IMG/VR virus record: IMGVR_UViG_3300032047_000013
Coordinates: 1-60,422 of that record
From: a virus
Lineage: Duplodnaviria > Caudoviricetes
DNA: 60,422 nucleotides
Reading direction: 5' to 3' (one strand)
Below are positions 44,579-54,022 of this stretch, piece by piece. The position numbers were made by a program, and so were the translations under genes. Every line of letters starts with the position of its first letter. The stretch's first letter is position 1. Under the pieces are notes generated by a model that saw only the letters and a program-made list of their open reading frames with translations, made no database searches and was not told the origin of the DNA.

Positions 44579-46525
44579 TTAGTCAGAGATCTTAATTACT
44601 GAGCCCCCCGTTGAGTTGCCCGTCTTCTGAACATAAACTCTGTACTTGTTGTTTTCGATTCTTCTGGTGAAAGATCCATACTGAGCGGATCCGTTAAGTC
44701 TTCCGTGAACGTTTATCCCAGAGGAAGCTCCGTACTCAGAAGTTACGAATGCGCCAAGCTGAGGAGTTGTGTTGCTGCCAATTTGCAAATCACCCACCGC
44801 CTCAGAGTTAGACGTGCTTCCAAATGAAATGGAGCTTCCTGAGTTTTCCGCATACATGAAGTAGAACCTCTCCCCAGCAACAGCTCCGTTGGCTACGGTG
44901 TTATCGGGCCTGATGAGGTTTGCAATAGAATCAAACGGGAAGGTCTCAAAGAGCCTTGGGAACTGCAGGGAATCCTCATCAGTAAAGACAGAAGGGGTAA
45001 GACTCGATGCGGCCACAGCATCAACCTTAAGCTCGGACAACTTGTTGGAGTTTATAGAAGACAAAGATCCGTTGGAGATGTTTGCGGAGTCTGTAAACAG
45101 ATAGCTTCCGACAAAAACTGGAAGTCTAAAGTGTATGAAGGATGAGTTATAAGGGGCGGACTCTGCGCTGGAATCAAAGTCGTCGTAACCACTAGTGAAG
45201 TTATTCCAAGAAAAACTATTGTCCGTAAGCATGTTTATGCCCTCGGTTTCAGTGTAGTGGTCAAGTATTATAACCTTATACTGAACTTCAGAAGAATCAA
45301 TGTCAGCAGCCGTAGCGCCTTCGTCATCAAAAGTGATGCCCGTAGCGCTAAAGTTACTTATAGCAACCACCTGGGGTGAACCAAGAGAGGCGAAAACGCC
45401 GAACGACCCATTGACCTTCTCTCTTCTATAAACCTCAAACTTATGAGTTCCTCCAGAGACGGTAGAGTCATTAGCCGAACTAACCGTAACATTAAAGGTT
45501 ACTCTAGAGTCAACATTTGAAGCAACACGAAGAGAATCTGTTTCGTTTTTAGCGAAAGTGGTATTGCTGTACTTTCTTGTAACGCCAGTTACAGTGGCAA
45601 AAGGAGCTACGTAGTTGTTTCTTGTTATATTGGTTGAACCCGTTCCAGTAGCACCAGAAGTATCGGTACAAACGGCTTGAATTTCAAACCCATCGAAATC
45701 AAAGAAGTCGTCTGAAGGAGTAAAGTTTGCGTTAGAAAGGACGACGGTAGCAGTAGCCTGACTGTTGTCGATTTGGGCTTGCGCAAAAGTTCCACTGGGT
45801 ATATCAGTGAAGGTCGAAGAGCCAATTTCTCTCCTTTTAAGCACGATGCTGTCTATGTCTACCCCATTGGCCTTTGGAACATTAACCGTAATGCTTGAAA
45901 CAGTGAAGTCCTGCTCATTAAAAGGCACAGAGGTTGTAGAGCTTATAACAGTTGGAGACAAGCTAAATGCCTCATTCAAAGCATCCCTTATAATCTCCAA
46001 AGCAGTAGCTCCCTGAGAAGAGGCGATAACAGCATAACCAGGGTTTGCTGCCTTTTCAGTCATCCAAGCAGCGACGGGTACGATGCCAACCTGAGAACCC
46101 TGCGAACCAACAGTCTGAGTAAACGAAGGGTGATACTTACCAAAAGTCTTTCCCTCTCCGTTGAAGTCAGAATCAATGTTTACGTCTATGTCTTCTGTCT
46201 GAAGTTCAAGACTACCAACTGACTTCCATGGGGTTCCAGTTTGGCCTGGGGCAATACTGAATAAACCGTCAGTATAAGAAGAAGGTGGGCCAGCGACATC
46301 AGGAGATCCTTCTAGTATGAAAACCTCCGCAGTAGCTTTGTCAACGAGCAGCATACCCTGCTTTCTTTTGTCAGAAGCGATACCCTCTATGGCAGCAGAT
46401 GTGGTACCAGAAAGAGGAAGAATATCGTCCAAGAAAGCAACACCTCTACTCTGGTTGTCCGTTAGGTCAATTACAGCATAAGAGGAGTTTGAATTCTCTA
46501 TAAGGTCTCCAAATTTTATCGGCAT
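44579..46525 (-). CDS. putative fibre/appendage protein
   Basis: MPIKFGD N-terminus; RKQGMLL; Ser/Thr-rich Ig-like segments. Confidence 0.55.
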   Translation of the reverse strand: MPIKFGDLIENSNSSYAVIDLTDNQSRGVAFLDDILPLSGTTSAAIEGIASDKRKQGMLLVDKATAEVFILEGSPDVAGPPSSYTDGLFSIAPGQTGTPWKSVGSLELQTEDIDVNIDSDFNGEGKTFGKYHPSFTQTVGSQGSQVGIVPVAAWMTEKAANPGYAVIASSQGATALEIIRDALNEAFSLSPTVISSTTSVPFNEQDFTVSSITVNVPKANGVDIDSIVLKRREIGSSTFTDIPSGTFAQAQIDNSQATATVVLSNANFTPSDDFFDFDGFEIQAVCTDTSGATGTGSTNITRNNYVAPFATVTGVTRKYSNTTFAKNETDSLRVASNVDSRVTFNVTVSSANDSTVSGGTHKFEVYRREKVNGSFGVFASLGSPQVVAISNFSATGITFDDEGATAADIDSSEVQYKVIILDHYTETEGINMLTDNSFSWNNFTSGYDDFDSSAESAPYNSSFIHFRLPVFVGSYLFTDSANISNGSLSSINSNKLSELKVDAVAASSLTPSVFTDEDSLQFPRLFETFPFDSIANLIRPDNTVANGAVAGERFYFMYAENSGSSISFGSTSNSEAVGDLQIGSNTTPQLGAFVTSEYGASSGINVHGRLNGSAQYGSFTRRIENNKYRVYVQKTGNSTGGSVIKISD

Positions 46526-46526
46526 A

Positions 46527-47615
46527 TCAAGTTGTCTTTAGTCTTATCTTTAAGCTGGATCCCTCTTTGAGAGAGCCCTTTTGAGTGCTTTGGTGCAAAT
46601 ATACATCATAAGAAACTGACCCAAAGACGACAGTATAGAGCTGATTGTTGCTATCGAAAGAGAAGGATCGGTCAGAAACTCCAGCGTCAGCAGTCACCTC
46701 AGCTATAGAGTCTATTCTTAGGGCAGCAGGTATGGCTATGTAGGTGTAGTTGTCAGGAGACTCTGTAAAAGAGCTTCCCTTTAGAAATATCTCATGGCCA
46801 GAGTACTCTTCGGAGTCTGGAACATCAAAAGAAACAGAGTTGGTATATGCTTGATTTGCTAAGGAAGGGTCGGCAGTCAAAGAAGAAGGCAGGTAGGACA
46901 GATAAGCCGCCCTGCCGTAATACAACATGTCCGAATAATCATAGCCGTTAAGACCATTGAAAAATCTAATTACCTTCTTAGAGCCATGCTCCGTAACGGC
47001 TGAGTGAGAAGAACCGTTCATTTCATAATAAACCTTTCTTCCTCCAACTCCAGCCGCAGAACCAGCAGATCCTATCTGACCTCCATCGACAGAAACAGAA
47101 AGAGAGCTATTCGTCGCAGCCCATGGCCTATGCACATCAGCAAAGACGCTGCTAATCGGGAACCCTCGACCTATGGGTATTTTATATCCAGGGTTCAATC
47201 CATAAGACCAGGAAGGCAATACCTCTTTTATAGAAGCATTAGAGGGGGAGAGGATATCCCTTAGGGCCGACTCAATAGTCTCTGGACTAGAGTAAGACTC
47301 CCCAACTGCATCTCCAAGAGCTGGAGAAAAGTTAGTGACGTCAAGGTCCGAAGAAAAAACGCCCCCAGCAACAATGGTTGTAGCGTCTACGTATGTATAT
47401 GTGTTTGTCTGTAAATCATATACTATAATGCTGCCGTCAGAAGGATCACCGCTAACCAACTCTCCAAGACCCACAGCACCAGAGTTGGTGTTTATTTCAA
47501 TAATATCTGGAGTCTCACTTTGAACAGATATAGATCCAGGGAGAACAGAGGGGGTTATGCTTACTGCTACTCCCTCATCAATGGATACTACTATAGAATC
47601 TGGACAAGACATCAA
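46527..47615 (-). CDS. putative fibre/appendage protein
   Basis: DGSIIVYD..TNTY; ESALRDIL resembles EIIRDAL in the neighbouring protein. Confidence 0.5.
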   Translation of the reverse strand: MMSCPDSIVVSIDEGVAVSITPSVLPGSISVQSETPDIIEINTNSGAVGLGELVSGDPSDGSIIVYDLQTNTYTYVDATTIVAGGVFSSDLDVTNFSPALGDAVGESYSSPETIESALRDILSPSNASIKEVLPSWSYGLNPGYKIPIGRGFPISSVFADVHRPWAATNSSLSVSVDGGQIGSAGSAAGVGGRKVYYEMNGSSHSAVTEHGSKKVIRFFNGLNGYDYSDMLYYGRAAYLSYLPSSLTADPSLANQAYTNSVSFDVPDSEEYSGHEIFLKGSSFTESPDNYTYIAIPAALRIDSIAEVTADAGVSDRSFSFDSNNQLYTVVFGSVSYDVYLHQSTQKGSLKEGSSLKIRLKTT

Positions 47616-48100
47616 ACAGACGTTGATGAAGAAACAGTAACGTCTTCATTGAATGTTATTCTTCCTGTAAGCCAGGTTGTAACAACTGGCTCTTCTCCTT
47701 CCGAAGGAACAGTTTCTGCCTGTATGTCATAAAAGTAGGTCCCAGAAAGGATGTTGGCCATGGCTCTCCTGTCGGCAGTAAAAGAAACGTTACCGTTAGA
47801 TCCATCACTTTGATCAACAGTAATAGCTCCCGTCGTATTGTTTACAACATTAGCCCCCGTGCCAAACGTAGTTACAGACGCAGTGGGATCCATATCTGTT
47901 GAAAGGATGGCTGTATTTAGTCCATCATCAAAGGCGTCCTCTCTAACCTGCATGTAAAACAAGTAATTTGCAGCTTGAACTTGCTTTGGGGTCGAGTTTG
48001 AGTTCTTGAACGTAAGGCTAAGCTTAAAGGTATCACCTCGCCTAGCCGTAATATCCAGCCTCTGTGCAACATCAAGATTTACTTTGTTCGTGGTGGCCAT
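47612..48100 (-). CDS. fibre adaptor-like (BppU-N/LtfC-type Ig fold) protein
   Basis: LDITARRGDTFKLSLTF..MQVR..G.YFYDIQ..TWL.GRI..EDVT. Confidence 0.65.
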   Translation of the reverse strand: MATTNKVNLDVAQRLDITARRGDTFKLSLTFKNSNSTPKQVQAANYLFYMQVREDAFDDGLNTAILSTDMDPTASVTTFGTGANVVNNTTGAITVDQSDGSNGNVSFTADRRAMANILSGTYFYDIQAETVPSEGEEPVVTTWLTGRITFNEDVTVSSSTSV

Positions 48101-48114
48101 TGTAGTTGTGTTGT

Positions 48115-50553
48115 TTATGATCTAGTGATTTTAACATTGCTCATCTCCTCTGGAAGCTCACCTCTACTTCCCTGCCTTTGTGACACAAGCTTACTTTGCT
48201 CTACAGCCTGCTGCTTGACCCTATCGTCCTTCCTGTCTTCCTTAAGCACCTCTAGCTTCTCCTTGAACTCCTGCTCCTCAGTCCTGAATCCAAGAGTAGC
48301 CTGAGCCTTAATCATCTCTATCTCTTTCCGTAGAGCGTGAAGCGCCTGAGCAACCTGTATCTCTGACTGAGCCTTAGCCTGGATTTTTTGCATCTCAAAC
48401 TGAGCCTCCATCTGAAGCTTCTGGGCCTCTACCTGGGCAGAAACCTGTTGTTGCTGCATAGCCATCTCTTGCTGCTGCTGAGCCATTTGCTGCTGCTCCT
48501 GCATGGCCTGTTGCTTTCTCTTCTTTCTCCTCACCATCAAAAGACGCTCGGCCTGATCAACATCCTTAAGGTCCCTAATAACCATAGCGTCCTCAAGGTC
48601 TATCTCCTTCTGACCAAGAGAGATTTGAATCATCTGCTCAAGATCCATCTTCTCCTTGTTGCCCATCTCCTTGACCACCTTGACTCCGAAGTTGTACATA
48701 GAAAGGTCTTCGAATGATGAAAGAACCTCCATGTTCTTCTTACCTATGGCGTTAGCATAGGCCTCGTAGATAGCGCTACCCTGGGGTATTATCTGCAGAC
48801 ACTTTACGACGTCCTCGCACACTCTCTTGTAAAGGAGCATGGATGCGTCAGTTACATCATGGATGGCGTTGTTGCTGGCCTGTATAGCCTGCTCCCTAAC
48901 CCCCACCAAGGCCTCACTATTTGGAGAACTTGCATCGGTAACCTCGTTGATACCAGTAGTGTCTCTAATGAGTCTTAGGTAGTGATTGTATATACCGATA
49001 AGCTCATTTATGTTCCTGATGCTGTTTCCGATCTCTCGAATAGGGGGGTTCTGGAAGCCGCCATCGGGGTTTTTGCTTCTGTAGTAGAAAACACCAGTCT
49101 GCTCGTAGATGTCATGAAGATCAAGAGGCTCAAGCTCCCCGCCCTTGCCCAGCTGAACATTCTCTAGCCCCTCTATGTCAATGATCAAACCGTCAGGCTT
49201 GGCCTTGGCTATAGCCTGCTGAATCTTAAGGTGCGTGAGCTGAAGCATATCAGCAAAGCCTAAGCAGCTGCCAACCAGCGACTTAGGCATCATGTCTTGA
49301 AGGTTTGATGCAGACACAGAGTAAGACATTCTAGCCCTTGAGATGTCATGGGCATTCTTTGGAATGTTCTTCTTTTTCCCGTAGTTAAACAGGAAGCCAC
49401 AACCTAGAACGTAGCTACCACCATACACAGTGGTGACGTCCATCTTTACGGGCTTTCTGTCAAAGACACTTCCTGGGCGCTGCTTGTAGGAGCTGCCCTT
49501 AAAGTAAAATCCAGTATTGCCAAACCTACTCTCCTTTTCTTCAAAGAAGATGCAGTCAACGGTAAGGAACTCAAACTCAAGGACATCAACGAGATAGTCG
49601 TCATACCCATAGGCCATGGTGCCAGACATCTCATTTCTTACACGGCGATTCATTCTCGATGAGTCATTACCGTACTTCCCAGCGAACTTGCTAGCAATCT
49701 TCTGATACTGATCCTCGCTGAGATCATCTCCAGCTATTCTTTTTAGCTCATGGATCGCAATCTTCTTAACGTGCCCACCATAAACAACATCAGAGAAGTT
49801 GGGGTCCTCGGTATGGCTATGGACAAAGTTCAAGGGGTCAACATAGTCAACCTTAATGCCATAGTTAGGATCGTTGCTTCTTTTGGTTACAGCCATGCCA
49901 CAAGTGACAAGGTCTTGGACGCATCTGCGGAACGTGGTATCATTGAACTCGTTCCACTCCATCGTCATGTTGGTAGCAACCTGAGCCGCTATCTCTGCAT
50001 CAGTCTTGATGTTGGTCCCCATAAAGATCTCTGCCTCCTCAAGGGTATCAGGTATCTCACCCACATCCCTAGTCACTATCATACCCGTCTTCTGCTGAAG
50101 CTGAGCAAGCTGAGCCTTAGCAGCAACCTCTGCCTCGACCTTCTTTTTTTCAACGTCCTTATAGGAAGAAGAAAGGGGGTCTATGGCCTCGACGTTAGGA
50201 TGAGGGGACTTGGACAATATGTTATTGGCGACTATCCTCACAAACTTCGGGAGGATGGGCACTGGGGTAAAGTCAAGGTTTAGAAGCGTTCCGTCATTTC
50301 CGTTAGGATCCAGCGACGTAAGTAGTTTCTTGTAGATAGAAACATCTTGTGTGCCGTTGGCGTACTTCCTGTTTTTGTTGAATACGTCGTATCGCTTCTT
50401 GAAAACAGAACTACTGTCGTTAACGCTCCCCCATTGAGACTCAATGGCCTTGGCGTAGCTCAAACCATACTCTCTAGACTCCTTCTCCTCAGCGGGGGCC
50501 AGGGGGTTTGGAAAGCTCTTCCCGTCTTTTGGCTTATTGCTGAAATTATACAT
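48115..50553 (-). CDS. portal protein
   Basis: 812 aa next to TerL; YANGTQ, LNLDFTPVPILPKFV, IQQAIAKAKPDG, TGINE, Gln-rich C-terminal helix. Confidence 0.88.
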   Translation of the reverse strand: MYNFSNKPKDGKSFPNPLAPAEEKESREYGLSYAKAIESQWGSVNDSSSVFKKRYDVFNKNRKYANGTQDVSIYKKLLTSLDPNGNDGTLLNLDFTPVPILPKFVRIVANNILSKSPHPNVEAIDPLSSSYKDVEKKKVEAEVAAKAQLAQLQQKTGMIVTRDVGEIPDTLEEAEIFMGTNIKTDAEIAAQVATNMTMEWNEFNDTTFRRCVQDLVTCGMAVTKRSNDPNYGIKVDYVDPLNFVHSHTEDPNFSDVVYGGHVKKIAIHELKRIAGDDLSEDQYQKIASKFAGKYGNDSSRMNRRVRNEMSGTMAYGYDDYLVDVLEFEFLTVDCIFFEEKESRFGNTGFYFKGSSYKQRPGSVFDRKPVKMDVTTVYGGSYVLGCGFLFNYGKKKNIPKNAHDISRARMSYSVSASNLQDMMPKSLVGSCLGFADMLQLTHLKIQQAIAKAKPDGLIIDIEGLENVQLGKGGELEPLDLHDIYEQTGVFYYRSKNPDGGFQNPPIREIGNSIRNINELIGIYNHYLRLIRDTTGINEVTDASSPNSEALVGVREQAIQASNNAIHDVTDASMLLYKRVCEDVVKCLQIIPQGSAIYEAYANAIGKKNMEVLSSFEDLSMYNFGVKVVKEMGNKEKMDLEQMIQISLGQKEIDLEDAMVIRDLKDVDQAERLLMVRRKKRKQQAMQEQQQMAQQQQEMAMQQQQVSAQVEAQKLQMEAQFEMQKIQAKAQSEIQVAQALHALRKEIEMIKAQATLGFRTEEQEFKEKLEVLKEDRKDDRVKQQAVEQSKLVSQRQGSRGELPEEMSNVKITRS

Positions 50554-50577
50554 TCTGGGGGTAGGTCATCATTTGTG

Positions 50578-50585
50578 CAAATATA
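50578..50585 (-). promoter_or_regulatory. -7 element TATATTTG
   Basis: Between terL and portal. Confidence 0.7.
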
Positions 50586-50603
50586 GTAAATGCGGCGGTG
50601 ACG

Positions 50604-52721
50604 TTAGATTTCGTACCTCCTGAAGAATTTCTTATCTACAAAGTTCGAAACTTCTCTTTTCTTTTTGACTTTCTGAGCAGCCAATAGACACAACCCCGAA
50701 CTTATACTTAGGTCAAACTTTGTTCTGTTATCTATCTTAAATCCAATCCAATCCTCAAGGGTTCTGTCAAAATACATGTTCCCAATAGAACCAGTGTCGT
50801 AGTTAAGACCAACATGATCATGGATGTAAGCTTCAATGGCGTGGGCGTGAGCCTGTATTATATCCTGAGAGTTAGAAGGAATGCCTTTGGTCTTGGACTT
50901 CATCCCGCTGTTAACAGCCAGCAAGTGGCGTGGACGATCCATTAAGTATCCGTCGTAACCTCTTGATTCAAAGTATCTTGCGATACCGTACTTATTGTTT
51001 TCAATTAACAAGGGGTAGCCGTAAAACACAGATGCCATAAGACAATCTTCGTAGAAGATCTTAGCTAAAGGCGGACGGGACGCATACTCAAGCACAAACA
51101 TGTTCGATGGATGCTCCATGTGGAACTTGTTGTACAGGTGCAGCGCACCCTTAGACCCCCGTCCATCGACGGTGGCGTCAAGGTCGTAAGAGTCAACCCC
51201 GCCTACCCCCAGCTCTGCATTAGGTGCAACGCGCTTATTCTTATTGAACTTCTTCAGGTTTCTTAACTCATTGGGAGGCATCCAGGAAATACGGAATCTA
51301 CCGTTGACATCAGGAGAGAAAACCACCTCAGTGTCCTGCTCCCCGCCCTTCCAGTGAAAGTTGCCTATGACGACAGGGTTGGGGAATAGCTCCTCGTTAT
51401 GCTGTACCTGTTCGTATATTTTGCCGATATTAAAAAGGCTACCATCTATACTATCCCTAAATGCCTCATCCTCTGTAAAGGGAAACTGACGGGTTATCTC
51501 ATTAAGCTCAGAAGCATCGTTCTTGAGAGCCTCTCTCTCATTTTTGAGATAGGTTCTGGCTCCTATAGTTACTTCTTCGCCGTCGAGACCGTCAACAGGT
51601 TCGGGAGGGTTCTTTACTATGGGGTTGCCATAAAGATCAAAGAATCCCTCAAGCGAGTCGTAGGCAGGGATAAATAAACGATACAGCCCAGACCTAGTCC
51701 TCCCATTCGCGTTCCTCTCTGTAGGATTCGAGTCCCTCCATAGATCCTTGTACTCTTTTCCTCCCTTGTCCATGGGGTTTACGGTGCTTCCCACCATTGC
51801 CTTTCCCACGATTTTTCGCCCTACGATCAAACACGTCCGTTGAATCCTCCAGGCGTCCCTTATGTCTGTTGGTCTTTCCCATTTTCCAGCCTCGTCTAAA
51901 TAAAGTATATGGAGCTTCTCTCCATCATAAGCGTTGTTTGTTGTGTTCTTCCAGTTTATCACAGTGTTCAGGGCCTCTCCAGTCTGGGAGGTCTTGTTGT
52001 TCTTCGTGATTCTTTTACTGGGTTCTCTAAAAGCAAGCTCCATCCGAGGGTTGGTGGTACCGTCCTGAATAGGCTTGAAGAAGAAGGGGTAGTGCCTGAA
52101 CATGTACACCACCTTCTTCATGAAGATGTTCTCCTGCGCGTCTTTACCAGTCTTAGACTGGATACCAAGGAGTTTGTCTTTGACCTGAGTGGCCTCATCA
52201 ACCAAAACGGCGGAACAGATATTCGTATATCCACTCCGCCGACACTTGGTGTACAGCTGCCCTATGCAGCGTGGGTCCGCCTCACACGCAGCCAAATGTA
52301 AGAAAATTTCTCTTTGGAAAGAAAGGAAGCTGGGGTGACCCACATCCATCCTCGTCCACTGAAGCATCATGTAGTGGCGCCCCGTAATATATGTAGGCTC
52401 ACCGTTATTATAAAACCAAAAGCCCTCACGCCTACGGCGAAACTCCTCCTCGATATACGGAGAAAACTTTTGTCGAAACTCCCGTGGCATCTCCCCCCAC
52501 TCATCCATAGACTTAATCCTAGACAGCTCCTCTGGCATAGAAATCCTCTCCCACAGCTGCATGTGGTCTGGACGTCCATGTCCTGCAATTTCTTTTTTGG
52601 GAGGCTGAGCGGGAAGTGCAATGAGTAGCCCACCGAGTTCAATACTTTCACCTTTCGAACCGTTGGGGCAAATTGAGACAGCAGGGTCTTCATATCCTTC
52701 TATGTTTATTAGAACGCTCAA
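50604..52721 (-). CDS. terL: terminase large subunit
   Basis: Walker A KCRRSGYT, Walker B LYLDEAGKW, GSTVN, RQFP, GGVDSYD, LIENN, KFDLSISSG; TTG start. Confidence 0.92.
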   Translation of the reverse strand: MSVLINIEGYEDPAVSICPNGSKGESIELGGLLIALPAQPPKKEIAGHGRPDHMQLWERISMPEELSRIKSMDEWGEMPREFRQKFSPYIEEEFRRRREGFWFYNNGEPTYITGRHYMMLQWTRMDVGHPSFLSFQREIFLHLAACEADPRCIGQLYTKCRRSGYTNICSAVLVDEATQVKDKLLGIQSKTGKDAQENIFMKKVVYMFRHYPFFFKPIQDGTTNPRMELAFREPSKRITKNNKTSQTGEALNTVINWKNTTNNAYDGEKLHILYLDEAGKWERPTDIRDAWRIQRTCLIVGRKIVGKAMVGSTVNPMDKGGKEYKDLWRDSNPTERNANGRTRSGLYRLFIPAYDSLEGFFDLYGNPIVKNPPEPVDGLDGEEVTIGARTYLKNEREALKNDASELNEITRQFPFTEDEAFRDSIDGSLFNIGKIYEQVQHNEELFPNPVVIGNFHWKGGEQDTEVVFSPDVNGRFRISWMPPNELRNLKKFNKNKRVAPNAELGVGGVDSYDLDATVDGRGSKGALHLYNKFHMEHPSNMFVLEYASRPPLAKIFYEDCLMASVFYGYPLLIENNKYGIARYFESRGYDGYLMDRPRHLLAVNSGMKSKTKGIPSNSQDIIQAHAHAIEAYIHDHVGLNYDTGSIGNMYFDRTLEDWIGFKIDNRTKFDLSISSGLCLLAAQKVKKKREVSNFVDKKFFRRYEI

Positions 52722-52864
52722 AAGTAAGGTTGATTGGAAAGAAACTCTAGCCAGTCTAACACAGTGACTATTCCGTCTCCGTCATAATCGTAAAGCTTGT
52801 TGTCCGTTCCGAAGGAGTTGTAAAACCCTGCTACCTCCTGCATAAAGTCGAGAAAGTCCTGCAT
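52718..52864 (-). CDS. 48-aa protein with an EF-hand/dockerin-like loop (not in ORF track)
   Basis: MQDFLDFMQEVAGFYNSFGTDNKLYDYDGDGIVTVLDWLEFLSNQPYF*; coupled to both neighbours. Confidence 0.65.
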   Translation of the reverse strand: MQDFLDFMQEVAGFYNSFGTDNKLYDYDGDGIVTVLDWLEFLSNQPYF

Positions 52865-53046
52865 TAGAATACCTGACCCCACCTGTTGCTTCTGAAGCTA
52901 GGGGCTCCTGTTTTAGGGTTTTTGATATCCATGTGCTTACCGCATGGACACTGTATCTGATGCTGAGCCTTGTCGTCAACAAACCTGATGGTAACACCAG
53001 TCTTATCCTCTTCGTGATCTCCGCACTCGCAAATGTAAGTAGCCAT
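52864..53046 (-). CDS. FmdB-like zinc-ribbon protein
   Basis: MATYICECG..CPCG..M..APSF. Confidence 0.7.
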   Translation of the reverse strand: MATYICECGDHEEDKTGVTIRFVDDKAQHQIQCPCGKHMDIKNPKTGAPSFRSNRWGQVF

Positions 53047-53048
53047 GA

Positions 53049-53180
53049 TTATCGACCTTGTGAAGCATAAGGCTTCTTGTAGTTAACTGAACCCTTACTC
53101 TTGGATGTCTTGGTCTTTGCGTGGACACCCTTCCTGCGAATACGCTTCTTCTTGTATTCTGAAATCTGAACTTTAGCCAT
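53049..53180 (-). CDS. 43-aa basic protein (not in ORF track)
   Basis: MAKVQISEYKKKRIRRKGVHAKTKTSKSKGSVNYKKPYASQGR*. Confidence 0.7.
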   Translation of the reverse strand: MAKVQISEYKKKRIRRKGVHAKTKTSKSKGSVNYKKPYASQGR

Positions 53181-53199
53181 TCCTTTTAATTAAATTTCG

Positions 53200-53273
53200 T
53201 ACACCCGCAGGGACTCGAACCCCGAACCGTCGCCTTAGAAGGGCGATGCTCTATCCAGTTGAGCTACAGGTGC
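53200..53273 (-). tRNA. tRNA-Arg(UCU)
   Basis: Cloverleaf GCACCTG/CGGGTGT, anticodon arm TCGCC-CTTCTAA-GGCGA, T-loop TTCGAGT; CCA not encoded. Confidence 0.92.
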
Positions 53274-53278
53274 ATGTG

Positions 53279-53506
53279 TTACCTGCTTCTTCTTTTTTGC
53301 GGCCTGTTGTTGGCCCTGTTCTTAGATTCTGACTGAGGTGAGGTCTTATCAGACGTACCTACATGCGCTTCATCGAGACCATCACCGTTCCCGTATGTAC
53401 CCTTACGGCGGTTGATTTTGTTCAGAGAAGCCCTGTACTTCTTGGCTTTTCCGCCCTTTCCGTACTTAGCATACTCTTTCTGGTAGTCTCTTTTCTTGAG
53501 CTTCAT
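53279..53506 (-). CDS. small basic protein, degenerate HNH-like
   Basis: RDYQKEY..RA..N..G.GDGLDEAH..SKNR pattern. Confidence 0.6.
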   Translation of the reverse strand: MKLKKRDYQKEYAKYGKGGKAKKYRASLNKINRRKGTYGNGDGLDEAHVGTSDKTSPQSESKNRANNRPQKRRSR

Positions 53507-53510
53507 GGTA

Positions 53511-53518
53511 CAAATATA
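53511..53518 (-). promoter_or_regulatory. -7 element TATATTTG (probably leaderless)
   Basis: 4 nt before ATG 53506. Confidence 0.7.
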
Positions 53519-53526
53519 ATAAATTG

Positions 53527-53600
53527 TTGGGGCGGCGGGACTTGAACCCGCGACTTCCTGTGTATAAGACAGACGCTCTAACCAACTGAACTACGCCCCA
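53527..53600 (-). tRNA. tRNA with UAU anticodon (Ile, reads AUA)
   Basis: TGGGGCG/CGCCCCA acceptor, D-arm GTTC/GAGC, anticodon arm TCTGT-CTTATAC-ACAGG, T-arm GCGGG-TTCAAGT-CCCGC. Confidence 0.88.
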
Positions 53601-53731
53601 GTTGATAAGCCCTTTATGCGTAGAAGGCCGTCTGACGAAAACCAACAACTCAGTCTTCTTTGTCTTCGTTCCAGGAATCCTCCCAGAACTTATAATCTGT
53701 TTTATTGTGTTGCCATACTATTTTCTTCCAA

Positions 53732-54022
53732 TCACTTAGAGAATCTTTCAGCGAAACCTCCGCTGTAGTCTTTTGCTTGTTCAATCCCTCCACTTGTTTG
53801 TAGATCTTTAATCATTTGCTCTAGTCGCTGTCTTTCAACGATGAGTTCTTTGCAATCCGTAGCTGTCTGTTTGATCGACTGCAGCTCAGCTTTTCTGGCG
53901 CTCCCGTTGATCTCAGGATCAACTGGCTTTTTGATCTCATCAATCATATTATCTATGGCAGCTTCCATTGATGACATGAGCCTCTTGGCTGCGCTTACGG
54001 TATCAAACTTCTTCTTCGACAT
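53732..54022 (-). CDS. putative terminase small subunit
   Basis: Helical protein ending GGFAERFSK, upstream of terL; start placed at ATG 54022. Confidence 0.5.
   Translation of the reverse strand: MSKKKFDTVSAAKRLMSSMEAAIDNMIDEIKKPVDPEINGSARKAELQSIKQTATDCKELIVERQRLEQMIKDLQTSGGIEQAKDYSGGFAERFSK

Noticed and set aside
40066-47615. Diversity-generating retroelement or invertible fibre cassette
   Set aside because: No reverse transcriptase or recombinase, and no TR/VR-like near-duplicate noticed by eye; a self-alignment would be decisive.
2131-52721. Inteins or introns in the helicase or terminase
   Set aside because: Lengths are ordinary, motifs are contiguous, and no C..HN splice junctions or LAGLIDADG motifs were seen.
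53181-53526. tRNA-associated theta (HDV-like) ribozymes or suppressor tRNA with stop-codon recoding
   Set aside because: The tRNA 3' trailers are short and AT-rich; the anticodons are UCU and UAU; long genes are intact in code 11.
53466-53648. 60-aa ORF
   Set aside because: Translates through the tRNA(UAU) gene.
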